64,000 nucleotides of DNA. It comes from the human T2T-CHM13v2.0 reference genome, Homo sapiens. Made by a program: the position numbers and the translations under genes. The stretch is taken from assembly GCF_009914755.1 (NCBI RefSeq), contig NC_060928.1, one strand, 5' to 3'. Below the pieces are notes generated by a model, which was not told where the DNA came from, ran no database searches, and was given only the letters and a program-made list of their open reading frames with translations. Every line of letters starts with the position of its first letter. Position 1 is the stretch's first letter. Shown piece by piece: positions 14,860 to 28,301 of the stretch.

Positions 14860-15010
14860 TTTATGTGTTCATAAAACACACATATAGACATTATCATGAG
14901 ACGGGTACTGAACTACATACTGAAAATACAAAAATAAATAAAATATACTATGTTCCCTTAAATATTTCATAGGCTAGTGTGAGTTAAACACATGAGATTT
15001 TAATTAAATG
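14860..15010 (-). mobile_element. L2 3' relic
   Basis: gtactgaactacatactgaaaatacaaaaataaataaa...ttccctt resembles the antisense L2 end. Confidence 0.45.
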
Positions 15011-15145
15011 TGATTTTAATTTGGTTAAGTATCCACATCTCCTTGCCCAGTATAATAAAACATCTTGGATATTTGCTGTTTAATCCTTTAATTTTTCAGG
15101 TTTGGTAAAATGTCAGGCAAATAGGCTGTATAAATAACTGATAAA

Positions 15146-17570
15146 AGGGGAGCGATATGAGCAAGAGGGCAGAACGGGAGGTTCCAGCCTTTATCTTCCC
15201 ACAGAAAAAAAAAAAAATAACAAAAAAAAAAAACACAGCTCTCCAGGAATAAAAATCACTCTGGAAGAGTTCAGGACTTAAGGACTCTAGTTAAAAAACT
15301 ACAGCAACACAGAACCAAAAAAAAAAAAAAAAAGTGAGAATAACTGCACAGAAAGGGTAGAAAGAACAGCTTCATTTTGCCTGCGTCACTCTATCTCAGC
15401 ACAAGCCAGCACAGTTCACCACTGAGAGGAGTCTCCTCAGTCCGTGAGTTCCCTTAATAGGCAAAAGGAGAAGGAGAACAGGACAAGTAACCAGCCTCCT
15501 CAGCTTTTTGGGGCACTGCCTGAAAGACCCACTTTGGTTTCACTCCACTCATATTGCTGGGGAGATCAGCATAGCTGAGTCATCTGGAGATGACTAGAAA
15601 CAAAAAAGGGCAGAGGCTATCAATATCAGCCATTGGCAAGAGCCACCAGGTCTCCAGTGGCCTGTCAGGCAGAGGACACCAGCAGCCTTTAGTGCTGAGG
15701 ATGTCAATACCATTGCAGCTGCTACAGACCCTCTGGAAACAAAGAGATACCATTGTACACCCAGCTAAAGTGCTATTTCTTCCCTGCCCTCAATTGTTTT
15801 CATGTCTAGACCACAGACCCATATTTGCTCTCTGCATACCATGATCTGGATTCTGGTTCCGCAGCTACTGTGCATACACCCATTTTCTAGACGCTGGCAC
15901 CACCACCACAGCAGGCACAGCTGTGTTCCACACACTGGCATACTACCACAACAGGTGAGTCTATACCCGGAAACCCAGGGTTGCAATCATTTAATACATG
16001 CCTATGCTTCAGGACTCAGCTTTGCATCTATTCCATGTATGCTTTCACATCAGACAAGGGCACTACTGTCACTGCAAGTTTATTCCAATGTTGGACCCAG
16101 TGCCAAGAGTAATGCTATTGAAAATAATTTCTTCCCAAGGAGAAAAATAGAACAGAAGGATTTCAGCAGCCTCCACCACCAATGACCAAATTGTTCTTGC
16201 TGTCGTTGTAGACAATTGCAACCTTGACTGCCAAGAACTCCCACAGCCTTCTCAATACTGACCTCAGTAAATGTTGTTGCATGGAGACTATGCCACTGTA
16301 CTCTCCCCATAGCTGAAACTTCTGCACCCAACCCATCTAGCACCTTTGCATTCACCTTTAGGTGAAGGTCTTTCCCCACTGAAACCTATCCTTTAAGGCT
16401 GGATGAGATTATTGCTCCCTTACATGTGAAAACATCAATAAAAATCTGGAAGAAACACAAAAATGCAGGAAAAATTACATCACCAAAAGAACACAATAAT
16501 TTTCCAATAACCACCCCAAAGAAATAGAAATCTATAAATTGCCCAGTGAAGAATTAAGAACAATTCTTCTTACAGAACACAGACATCTAATCATCAGGAA
16601 AACAATACATGAACAAAATGAATAATTCAGCAAAGAGTTAAAAACCATAAAAAGAATTAAACAAATTCTGGAAATAAAACATATAATGAGGGAAATAAAA
16701 AACTTAGTAGAGAGACTTAACAGATTCAATCAAGCAGATGAAAGAATCAGCAAAAATAAAGAGAAATCATTTAAAATTATTCATTCAGAGGAACAAAAAT
16801 TTGAAAATAAATAAAAAGCGTCCAGGCCCTGGTGCTCATGCCTGTAATCCCAGCACTTTGGGAGGCCAAGGCCAGTGGATCACGAGGTCAGGAGTTTGAG
16901 ACAAGCCTGACCAACATAGTGAAACCCTGTCTCTACTAAAAGTACAAAAATTAGCCAGGCATGGTGGCGTGTGCCTGTAATCCCAGCTGTTCAGGAGGCT
17001 GAGGCAGGAGAATCACTTGAACCCAGGAGCTGGAGGTTGCAGTGAGCCGAGATCATGCAACTGCACTCCAGCCTGGGCAACAGACTGAGACTCCATCTCA
17101 AAATAATTAATTAATTAATTAATTAATTAAAAGCATGAAGAAAGCCTATCATGAAATATAGCATTAAGCAAACAAATATGCAAACTATGGAGTCCTATAA
17201 TGAGAAGAGAAAGGGACAGAAAGCAAACATAAAGAAGTGACATACTCCCAAATCTGGAGAAATCTGAATGAAAATCCACATTAGTGATGCTCAAAAAATC
17301 CCAGATAAGCTGAATATCAAGAAATCTTCAATGAGACATATTATAATCAAATTACCTAAATTCAAAAACAAATAAAGTTGAAAGGAGCAAGAGAAATGCA
17401 AATCATCACATATAAGCAAATCCTCACAAGACTGTTCATGAATTTCTCAACAGAAACCTTGAAGCCAGGATAGAGTGGGATGATATATTCAATATACTCA
17501 AGGAAAAAAAGAAACCATTTTAACATGCAGAAATATTATACCCAGCAAAATTATCTTTTACAAGAAAGAT
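15146..17570 (+). mobile_element. Old L1M 5'UTR plus degenerate ORF1, interrupted by an Alu
   Basis: GC-richer 5'UTR-like start (gcaagagggcagaacgggaggtt) then A-rich ORF1-like sequence (catcaccaaaagaacacaataatttt; agacatattataatcaaatt; tatacccagcaaaattatcttt). Confidence 0.8.
16820..17130 (+). mobile_element. AluS (Sg-like) SINE with (TTAA)n tail
   Basis: ggatcacgaggtcaggagtttgagac; full dimer; aaaagc on both flanks. Confidence 0.96.
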
Positions 17571-17585
17571 ATGCCTATTGTTGCA

Positions 17586-19112
17586 TTTTTCTTTTTTTCT
17601 CTTATTTTAGGTTAGGGGTACATGTGCAGGTTTCTTATATAGGTAAACTCCTGTCACAGGGGTTTGGTGTACAGATTATTCTGTCACCCAGGTACTAAGC
17701 CTAGTACCCGATAGTTATTTTTTCTGATGATCTTCCTCCTCCCACCCTCCACCCTCAAGTAAGCCCTAGTGTCTGTTGTTCCTCCCTTTTGTGTCCATGT
17801 GTTCTCATTATTTAGCTCTCATTTATAGTGAGAATATGTGGTATTTGTTTTTCTGTTCCTGCATTAGTTTGCTGAGGATAATGACCCCAGCTCCATTCAT
17901 GTTCCTGCAAAGGACATAATTTTGTTTATTTTTAGGGCTGCATAATATTCCATGGTGTACATGTACCACATTTCTTTATGCAGTCTACCATTGGTGGGCA
18001 TTTAAGTTGATTCCATGTCTTTGCTATTGTGAATAGTGCTGTAATGAACATACGTGTGCATGTGTCTTCATAACAGAATGAGTTATATCCCTTTGCCAGT
18101 AATGGGATTGCTGCTTTGAATGGTAGTTCTGTTTTTAGTACTTTAAGAAATCACCACACTGCTTTTTGCAATGGCGGAACTAATTTACACTCCCACCAGC
18201 AGTGTATAAATATTCCTTTTTTCTCTGCAACCTCAACCTCATCAACATCTATTGGTTTCAGGTTGTTTTTTTTTTTTTGACTTTTTATTAATAGCCATCT
18301 GACTGATGTGAGATGGTATTTCACTATAGTTTTGATTTGCATTTCTCTTATGATTAGTGATACTGAGCATTTTTTCATGTGCTTGTTGGCCACATTTATG
18401 TCTTCTTTTGAAAAGCGTCTGTCTATGTACTTTGCCCACTCTTTAATGGGTTTGTTTGTTTTTTGTTTGTAGATTTAAGTTCCTTATGGATGCTGGATAT
18501 TAGACCTTTGTCATGCATAGCACACAAATATTTTCTCCCATTCTGTAGGTTACTTGTTTACTCTGTTGATAGTTTCTTTTGCTGTGAAGAAGTTCTTTAG
18601 TTTAATTTAATTAAATCCCATTTGTCATTTTTTACTTTTGTTGCAATTGCTTTTGATGTCCTTGTCATGAAATCTTTGCCAGTTTCTCTGTCCAGAATGG
18701 TATTTCCTAGGTTATCTTCCAGGATTTTCATAGTGTGGGGCTTTACATTTAAGTCTTTAATCCATCTTGAGTCTATTTTTGTATATAGTATAAGGAAAGG
18801 AAAGGATCCAGTTTCAATCTTCTGCAGATGGCTAGCCAGTTATCCCAGCACTATTTATGGATTAGGGAGTCCTTTCTCCATTGCTTGTTTTTGTCAGCTT
18901 TGTCGAAGATCAGATGGTTGTAGGTGTGCAGCATTATTTCTGGGCTCTGATTCTGCCCCATTGGTTTATGTGTCTGTTTTTGTATCAGTACAATGCTGTT
19001 TTAGTTACTGTAGCCTTGTAGTATAGTTCAAAGTCAGTGATATTTTTCACAGAACTAGAAAACGCTATTTTAAAATTCACAAAAAGGAGCCAGAATAGCA
19101 AACGTGATCCTA
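17586..19112 (-). mobile_element. 5'-truncated L1PA15/16-like LINE-1 with short inverted 5' segment
   Basis: T tail, then ggggtacatgtgcagg...ccaggtactaagcctagtacc 3'UTR and ORF2 C-terminus (ORF 18151-18393 [10 protein letters not shown]...); 19037-19112 is L1 ORF2 in the opposite orientation. Confidence 0.92.
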
Positions 19113-19638
19113 TCTTAGCTTTCAATATGACTTCCTCGCTAAACTTAATTATTTCTATCTTTTAATTTAAAGTAAGGGACATGCAACTCTTCCTCTCACT
19201 TGAACACTCAGAGACTATTCTAGGGTGATTAACTGGCCTAATTTCTGTGTCTTAGAGAAAAGAGAGGCTCAATGATAGGGAGAGAGACAGCAGAATGGGC
19301 AGTCAGTGGAGCAGCTGGAACACACAGAACATTTAGGATTAAATTCATCATACTATTTGGGTGTGGCTCATGGTGCCCCATAACAATTACAATACTAACA
19401 TCAAAGATCACTGATCACAGGTCACCATAACAATAATGAAAATGTAATAATAAAAAACATTTGGAATGTCATGAGAATTTTTAAAAATGTGACACTGAGA
19501 CATGAAGTGAGCACATGCTGATGGAAATTTGGCACCAGTAGTTTGGCTTGAGACAGATTTGCCACCAAACTTTAATTTCTTAAAACTGCAATGTCTGTGA
19601 AGCACAATAATGTGAAGCATAATAAAGTCATTAGGCTG
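19113..19638 (-). mobile_element. Tigger1 (TcMar) DNA transposon, left-end fragment
   Basis: Reverse complement of the Tigger1 5' end: aacatcaaagatcactgatcacag, gaagtgagcacatgctg, gtgaagcacaataa; ends ctg followed by TA. Confidence 0.9.
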
Positions 19639-20441
19639 TATAAAGGAGATAATGCAAAGTGAAAAATGCATAAAATGAGGAAAGAATGGAAAACACAGAT
19701 ATTTAAGGTACAAGCAGAAGAAGGAATAGAGCTGCCTGGGAAACTGAGAGAATTCAACAGGGTGGGTCAAAACTATAACAATATAACTGATTAACCCAGT
19801 CCTGCAAACAGAGTAAAGTCACATGGGTTTCAAATGCATTCCATCAACAACTTATGTATACTATAGAAGAAGATAATTCATTTAACATATTGTACTATTA
19901 ACCAAGAACAAATTATTATGTTAGTCCATGTTGCCAAATTGCAAAGAAAAAATATTTATGCATACAATATTTACCTTTTAAAAATTAAAAAAAAATCATG
20001 GAAGATATATTTTATTATATACTTTAGGCAATATATACATTCTTCAAGATTATAGACTATCATATGCCAAGTGGTGTGCTATCATGTATATAATTATACT
20101 TTTGATACATCAATATAGTGGCTATCTAGAAGCTATGTTTTCAGCAAGTTCCATTATCCCTTCTCCTGCTCTTTTTCACTTCCTCACTACTCTACCAAAG
20201 ATGCTGATGCAGTAACCTACTAAATAAGGCAATACATCTAGCCAAGAAATTGAATACAACTATAATGACATCATGGAGGCAAATTTTAATATATAACTTT
20301 CTACAGTATTTGTGGAATACTCTCTTAAAGAAACAGGAAGCTTTAAAAGTAAAGGGATCAAATACTTTTCATGCCTTTTATCCTAAAATACATATTTTAA
20401 AATATATTTGCAATATTTTTACAGTATAAGTACATTTTTAA

Positions 20442-23400
20442 AAAATTTCAACTTTTCAATATGGAGAGTACATGTGCAGGTTTGTTACATAGGAATACTG
20501 CATGATGCTGGGGTTTGGAGTATGGACCCTGCCACCCTGGTAGTGAGCATAGTACCAAATAGGTAGTAATTTTACCGACACACCCCCTCCACTCTCTAGT
20601 AGTCCACAGTGTCTATCGTTCTCATATTTATGTCCACGTGTGTTCAATGCTTAGCTCCCACTTACGAATGAAAACATACAGTATTTAGTATTCTGTTCCT
20701 GTGTTAATTTGCCTCGGATTATGGCCTTCAGCTTCATCCATATTTCTGGAATGGCGTGATTTTATTCTTTTTATGGCTGTGTAGTATTCCGTGATGTACA
20801 TGTACCACATTTTCTTTATCAGATCTACCATTGATGGGGACCTGGGGTGATTTCATGTCTCTGCAATTGTAAATAGTGTGCTTTGATGAACATACAAGTG
20901 CTTGTATCTTTTTGATAGAATGAATTCTTTTTTTTTTTTTTGTATATACACCCAGTAATGAGATTGCTATGTCAAATGAAACCTCTGCTTAAAGTTCTTT
21001 AAGATACCTCCAGACTGCTTTCCACAGTGGATGGACTATTTTACATTCCCACCAACAATATATACGCATTTCCTTTCCTCTGGAGCCTTGCCAGCATCTT
21101 ATTTTTTGAATTTTTAATAAGAGCCTTTATGGTGTGAAATGGTATCTCATTGTGGTTTTGATTTGCATTTCTCTGATGATTAGTGATCCTGAGCATTTTC
21201 TCATGTTTGTTGGCCATTTGTATGTGTTCTTTTGATAAGTGTCTGTACATGTCTTTTGCCCATTTTTGGTGGGGTTATTTGTTTTTTGCTTGTCGATTTA
21301 AGTTTCATATAAATTATGGATATTGGGTCTTTGTTGGATGCATAGTTTGTGAACATCTTCTGTCATTCTGTAGGTTGTTCACTCTGTTCATAGTTTCTTT
21401 TGCTGTGCAAAAAGCTCTTTAGTTAGGTCTCATTTGTCTATTTTTGTTTTTATTACAATTGATTTGGGGGACTTAGCCAAAAAAATTTGCCATGGCCAAT
21501 GTTGAGAAAATTATTTCCTATTTGCCTTTCAGGGTTTTTATAGTTTTCGGCCTTACGTTTAAATTGTTAATCCATTTTGAGTTAATTTTCACATATGGTG
21601 AAAGTTAGGGTCCCAGCTTCATTCTTCTGCATATAGATAGCCAGTTATCTTAGCACCATTTATTGAACATGGAGTCCTTTCCTCATTACTTGTTTTTGTC
21701 AGCCTTGTTAAAGAACAGATGGTTGTAGGTGTATAGCTTTGTTTCTGAGTTTTCTAATCTGTTCCATTGGTCTATGTGTCTGCTTTTGTACCAGTACTGT
21801 GGTGCTTTGGTTACTGTGGCTTTATTGTATAGTTTGAAGTTGGGTAGTATGATGCTTTGGGCTTTGTTGTTTTTGTTTAGGATTGCTTTGACTGTTTGGG
21901 CTCTTTTTTGGTTCTGTATGAATATCAATTTTTTTTCTAAATCTGTGAAGAATGACATTGGGAGTTTGATAAGAATAGCACTGAATCTGTAAATTGCTTT
22001 GGGTAGTATTTCCCTTTTTACAATATTGATTCTTCCAGTCCTTTAGTATGAAATATTTTTCCACTTATTTGTCATTTCTGGTTTCTTTAGCATTGTTTTG
22101 TGTTTTCCTTGTATAGATCTTTCACCTCTTTGGTTAACTTTATTCCTAGGTATTTCATTTTCTTTGTGGCTATTACAGTGGAATTGTGTTCTTGATTTCA
22201 CTCTCAGCCTGGATTTGTTTGTATATAGAAATGCTACTCATTTTTATACATTGATTTTGTATGCTAAAACTCTACTAACATTGTTCATCAATTCTAGAGA
22301 CCTTTTGGCTGAGTCTTTAGGATTATTCAGGCAGGTATAGAATCATAGAATTGGTAAAGAGTGATAGTTTCGCTTCTATTTGGATGCCTTTTATTTCTTT
22401 CTCTTGCCTGATTGCTAGGAAATGTCGTGTCTCCCATTACTATGCTGAATAGCAGTGGTGAGAGTGGGCCTCTTTGTCTTGTTCCTGTTGTCAAGGGGAA
22501 TGGTTCTAGCTTTTGCAGATTCAGTATGATGTTGGCTGTAAGTTTTCATAGACTGCTCTTATTATCTTGAGGTATGTTCCTCCAATGTCTAGTCTGTTTA
22601 GGGTTTTTCATGAAAATATGTTGGATCCTATTGAAAGCTTTCTCTATGTCTGTGAAGATGATCATAGGGTTTTTGCTTTGGATTCTCTTTATGTGGTGAA
22701 TCATATTTATTGATTTGCATATGTTGAACCAGCCTTGCATCCCAGGAGTAAATCCTAGTTGATTGTAGCATATTAACTTTTTGACATGCTGTTGGAGTTG
22801 ATTTTCTATTATTTAATTGAGGATTTTTGTTTCTGTATTCATGAGTGATATTGTTCTGAAGTTTTGTTTTTTCATTGTGACTCTGCCAGATTTTGGTAGC
22901 CCCTCCTCCTCAATTTTTTACAATGGTTTTAGTATAATTGATATCATTTCTTCTTTTTATATCTGGTAGAATTTGGCTGTGAATCTGTCTGGTCTGGGGC
23001 TTTTCCTGGTTGGAAGGTTCTTTATGACTGATTCAATTCCAGAAATTTATATTTGTCTATTTAGGGTTTCAATCTTTTCCTAATTCAATCTTGGGAGATT
23101 GTGTGCTACCAGGAATTTACCCAGTTTCAAATTTGGGTGCACAGTGTTGTTCATAGTAGTCTTTGAGGATCTTTTTTATTTCTGTGGGATCAGTTGTAAT
23201 ATCACCTTTGTAACTTCTGATTGTGCTTATTTGAACTTTCTTTCTTGATTGATAGCCAGGAATCTGTCAATCTTAATTATTTTTTTTGAAGAAACAGCTA
23301 TTGGTTTCATTGATATTTTGTATGGATTTTTGCATCTCAATTTAATTAAGTTCTTCTATAATTTTAATTATTTATTTTCTTCTTCTAGCTTTGGGGCTGG

Positions 23401-23447
23401 TTTGCTCATTTTTTTTTTTAGTTCCTTTAAGGGTGAAGTTAGATTGC
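20442..23447 (-). mobile_element. 5'-truncated L1PA16/17-like LINE-1 (~3 kb)
   Basis: L1 3'UTR and ORF2 fragments ([12 protein letters not shown]...; [12 protein letters not shown]); degenerate TSD ataagtacatttttaa / ataagcaaatttttaa. Confidence 0.93.
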
Positions 23448-23839
23448 ATAAGCAAATTTTTAAGATATTTCACCTTTTAAACAAAGAAAAATATTTTGAA
23501 TTATATATTCCTACAAGAGGAACAGTTAACACAATTCCAGTAGTGTTATCGGATTTCTGTATTTGCAATGGAAGGTTATACGATTGAAAGTGTTAACAAA
23601 TTAATGTTTAAGTAAAGCTTGTCAGAAATAATAAGGAAGAAGGTGTATAAATATCCACCTTAGAGTAAGCATTAATAAACAAACAAACATTCAAACAAAC
23701 AACAAAAGCTTTTCCTTCCAAGCCCAGAAATTTACACAAGTGATGAAGATGAGAGACATCTACCCCTTCACTAACTCAGATCGATTAACTTAAAAGTTTT
23801 AAGTTTTATACCACAGACATTTCATCTCTACTCTCTTTA

Positions 23840-25080
23840 TATATAGATTTCCCTGTACTGGACTCTCATATGGATTGAATTATAGATGTGGTCTTTTGTG
23901 ACTGCCTTCTTTCTCTAGGCATAGTGTTTTCAAGTTTCATCCATGTTGTCACAGGTAGCAGTACTTCATTTTTTATGGCCAAATAATACACCACTGTGTG
24001 GACACACACTTGGTCCCTCCCTTTGTCTATCAACAGCCAACTGGATTGTTTCCACTTCTTGCCTATCTCAAATATTGCCATAAATATTTATGCACAAATT
24101 CATCTGTGGAAATATGTTTTTATTTTTTCTGGGTATATACATAGAAGTGTAATTGTCTAATCATATGGTTAACTGTATGTCTAATCATTTGAGGAACTGC
24201 CAAACTGTTTTCCAGAATTAAGCCCCTTGTCAGATATGTAATTTGCAAACATTGTCAGTCATTTTGTGGGTTGTCTTTTTACTTTCTTGATAATGTCCTT
24301 TGAGGAATGAAAATTTTACATTTTGATGACTTCTAAATTTAATTTTTCATTTGTCGCTTATGCTTTGTGTGTCATATCCAAGAACCTTTTGCCAAATCCA
24401 AGGTCATGAAGATTTACCCCTTTATTTCTTTCTAGAAGTCTTAAGTTTTGGGTCTTACATTTAGGCCTTTGATTAATTTAATTTCACTTTTGTATATGAT
24501 GTGAATTAAGGGTTCAAATTTTTTCTTTTGCATGTGACTATCCAGTGTCTGAGCACTGTTTATTGAAAATGCTATTCTTTCTGTATTAGATTATCTTGAC
24601 ATTCTTGCTGAAAATCAGTCTACCATTGATCTTTATGTGCATCCATTGATCTATATGTGCCAGTGACATATTGTCTTGATTACCATTGCTTTGTAGTAAG
24701 TTTTGAAATGAAAGAATGTGGGTTCTACTTTATTCTTCTTCAGGATTGTTTTGGCTATCCTAGGTCCTTTGCAATTTCATGTGAATTTTAAATCATCTTG
24801 TCAGTTTCTACAAATAACTCAGCTGGGATTCTCATAGAAATTGCATTGAATTTGTAGATCATTTTAGAAATTACTGCCATCTTAACAATGTTAAGTTTTT
24901 CAATACATGAGCATGAGATTTTTTTTATTTATTTAGATCAACTTTAATTTCTTTCAATAGTGTTTTATAATTTTCAAAGTATAAGCTTTACATTTTTGTT
25001 AAATTTATTCCTATTTCATTATTTTCAGTGTTATTGCAAGTTGAGTTGTTTTCTTAATTTAATTTTTGGATTGTTCATTC
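23840..25080 (-). mobile_element. L1MB-type LINE-1 3' fragment
   Basis: gtcttttgtgactgccttctttc...caagtttcatccatgttg; ttgaggaactgccaaactgttttcca; ORF2 antisense to 25080. Confidence 0.85.
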
Positions 25081-25439
25081 CCAGCTATATTTTTATATAC
25101 ATCCCTGAATAATAACTATGAAATCTATTATTTTAGTGTTCGCTATTGGCTATTTCTGAATACAACCTTAAATTTTAAAAAGTGATTGCTGGGAAAATAT
25201 TGAATTAAAAAGTGGTCATCTTGTAGTCTTTTGATTCCAAAAGTAATATATGTTCACTGGAACCGTTTAAAAAATGTTATGAAATAATTAACTTATTGTC
25301 TAAAGATAACTATAAAAACTTTAATACAATGTCATGCAGTTTCTTGATACAGAGATAAAATATATAAAGAAATATGTGGATATAATATATAGAAAAATCC
25401 ATGGATATAAAAGTAGCATATACAAATGCAACCTATATA

Positions 25440-25720
25440 AATGCACCTGTATAAAACTATATCCTGCATTTTGGCTTTCTTATATAATCAGCTTTTCCCC
25501 ACACTGATTAATACTCCTGAAAAATGTCATCTTTGAAGATAAATTATTCTATGTGGATGTGTGGCATTTTGTCATTTACATACAGGAAATAAATAAGTTA
25601 TTTCCCAATTTTACTATTAGAAATAATATTTTGAAAAAATACTTTATTTAGTAGCATTGAAATCTCATATTATTTATGTAGAATAAAGTAGTACATGTAA
25701 AATTACTGGGTCTAATATAC
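25440..25720 (-). mobile_element. Highly diverged L1ME-like fragment
   Basis: tatttcccaattttactatta...gtaaaattactgggtc resembles old L1 3' sequence. Confidence 0.4.
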
Positions 25721-27938
25721 AAAAAAATCCCCTTTTCCAGTAAAATATATTTTCTTTGTATTTAATGTAAATATATAGTTTCCCAACTTACCTTAGCTTT
25801 AAACACTCCTACACTCCTGAAAATCTAGTTCCCAAATATTTTTCTAGAACTTTCTCTTTTATATGCCCTACAAAAATAAATATCTTCCAATTTTCTATGA
25901 CACTTTTTTGTATCTTTGCTGAATATTTTCCTCTTGCTAGATTGCCTTTTCTCTATGAATAGCATGTTATATGTTACTTCTTCAAAGACTGTTATAAAAA
26001 AAACCTCCTCTACAAAATTTTTCATGATTTTTTTTGCTCTGAATAACTTCTGTAACACTTCCTTCTCTCTCTACCCTAGGCTTGAATTATTGGGACCTAT
26101 TTATTTTATCCCCTACCAAACCATAATTTCTGAAGTATCAGTGCTTTTATTGATGAATATTTTCTTTATGCATAAAAGAATCTCAAGTACTTGTTGCACA
26201 AATAATTAATTACATCTTTATGTTACACAAAATTGCAAGGGGCTTTGATCTCAGGGCACATCCTACTTATGATAATTTATTCTGTTGCAAGTAAACAACT
26301 TGCAACGCAGAAAAAAACCTTTGAATTGATTTTGTTAATTTGAACCATGTGTATCTTTGTATGTGTTAATTGAATTGTATGTTATGATGTTCTCAAATAT
26401 CAGGACATTGTAAAGTCTGCACTGTAAAGTGTAGAAAGATGCTCAGTATTTAAATCTCAATAATAATAGAATTTAGTTTTTGTAACTATAAGGTATTCAT
26501 CTTTGAATATTACTCATATTCAATGAAAATATCTGGATATCTGTATATTTAAATTAAGTCAGAGCATACATGCTTAATTGGGAGAAGAGGTTAGAAATCA
26601 ATATTTATAAATGACAATATTCAGTTTCTCACTGCAAACATCATTAGTACATTTTTAGAAGAAATACATTTTAGGCTGTTTTGAAAGACAAAAAGAAGTT
26701 ATCCTTATCATTTTACTTCCAATATCTGAAAATTATTTTGTTTTCAAGAAAATAGTGGTCCCTTAATAAAGCACTCATATATACATAATTTTTTCTTGAG
26801 TTTGCTACATCAGCTATTCCTCCCTCCCTTCTACTATTTATGGAGTTTTCCCTCTGGTGGAGTAAATTAATTAATTTGAAGAGGGAATATGTTCAAAATC
26901 AAAATGTAATAAGATAAAAAGTTTCTTTACTCACCTGTAGAATTGCTTCAGAAGAAAGAAGAGGTAAAAACAGACATCTCTTTTGAAGAGTGAAGACCAT
27001 ATATAGAATACATATTAAAAATTAAAAAGGGATAAAAGTTATTTATACCTGTAATAACAAAAAGCCATATAGAAATATATTTGAGGGTACCGAATGATAC
27101 AAAGTAACATATATTCCATAATTCAGTTTTTTTGTTTGGTTTTGTTTTTTACTTCCTAGCTTCCAACTTTCATTCATTGGGCTTTTCCTTTCACCCTACT
27201 TTATACTTCTAGGCTAAACATTGTTACATATAAAGTAGAAGAACAATTGTCATGTATTTGTTTTATTGGAAATCAATTATTTTTTTTCCTTTCTGAGAAG
27301 ATGCAAGTCCATACTAATGGCTATGTTAAAGAGAAGAAATAGTGTTAATTATGGGGAAGAAGAGATAGAAATAGGAACAGAGACAAGATAGATAAACACA
27401 TAAGCAGAAGGAGAAGCAGAATTTCTATACAGTACAGGCAAAGCATGCCCATTTACTCATATCTGTTTCACTCCTAAATACCTATTGGCCAAACACAAAT
27501 GCCTTCACTCTGAAATATGCTCTCTGACATATCTCTTTAAATGAAATTTTATGGATTTACAGATACTGCTTAATTTTGTCTCTGTTAAAACATGGTCATC
27601 AAAGGATGCTAAACTTCTAATAAGTAGCAGTTTACTACGGTTTTTGTAAAGATTCCCAAGATTTTGTTGTCAGTTTTTTATCAGCACGTCACTACGAAAA
27701 CTCAGGCATTATTTGAGATGTGAATTTAAAATGTCCATGTTTTATATCTGTGGTCTTAGTCCCATTGAATCAATGCACTGTACATATTACAATGACGTAT
27801 TACATATTACAATAATCTGAGAAGGAAATCCTCCTAAATCTTTGACCCGCATAACATTTATCACTCTATATTTCATAATACTCTTTCATTTTTTTTAAAA
27901 TTTTACACTGGATTCTGAGATTCTTGGTGGAAGACATT

Positions 27939-28301
27939 TGATATGGCGTGGCTGTGTCCCCACTCAAATCTCATCTTGAATTGCAACTCCCACAATCCCC
28001 ACCTGTCATGGGAGGAACCTGGTGGGAGGTGATTGAATTATGGAGGCAGGTCTTTCCTGCACTGTTCTCATGATAGTAAATGAATCTCATGAGAGCTGAT
28101 GCTTTTAAAAGTGGGAGTTTCCTTGCACAAGTTCTCTCTCTTTGCCTGCCACCATCCACATAAGACGTGACTTGCTCTTCCTTGCCTTCTGCCATGATTG
28201 TGAGGCCTCCCCAGCCATGTGGAACTGTAAATCCATTAAACCTCTTTTTCTTCCCAGTCTCGGATATGTCTTTATCAGCAGCATGAAAACAGACTAATAC
28301 A
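27939..28301 (+). mobile_element. THE1A-like MaLR solo LTR
   Basis: TGATATGG..GCTGTGTCCCCAC start, ...gcatgaaaacagactaatACA end; 5-bp near-TSD ACATT/AGATT. Confidence 0.95.

Noticed and set aside
15590-16379. ORFs up to 127 aa
   Set aside because: Lie in the GC-richer L1M 5'UTR; no protein similarity recognised
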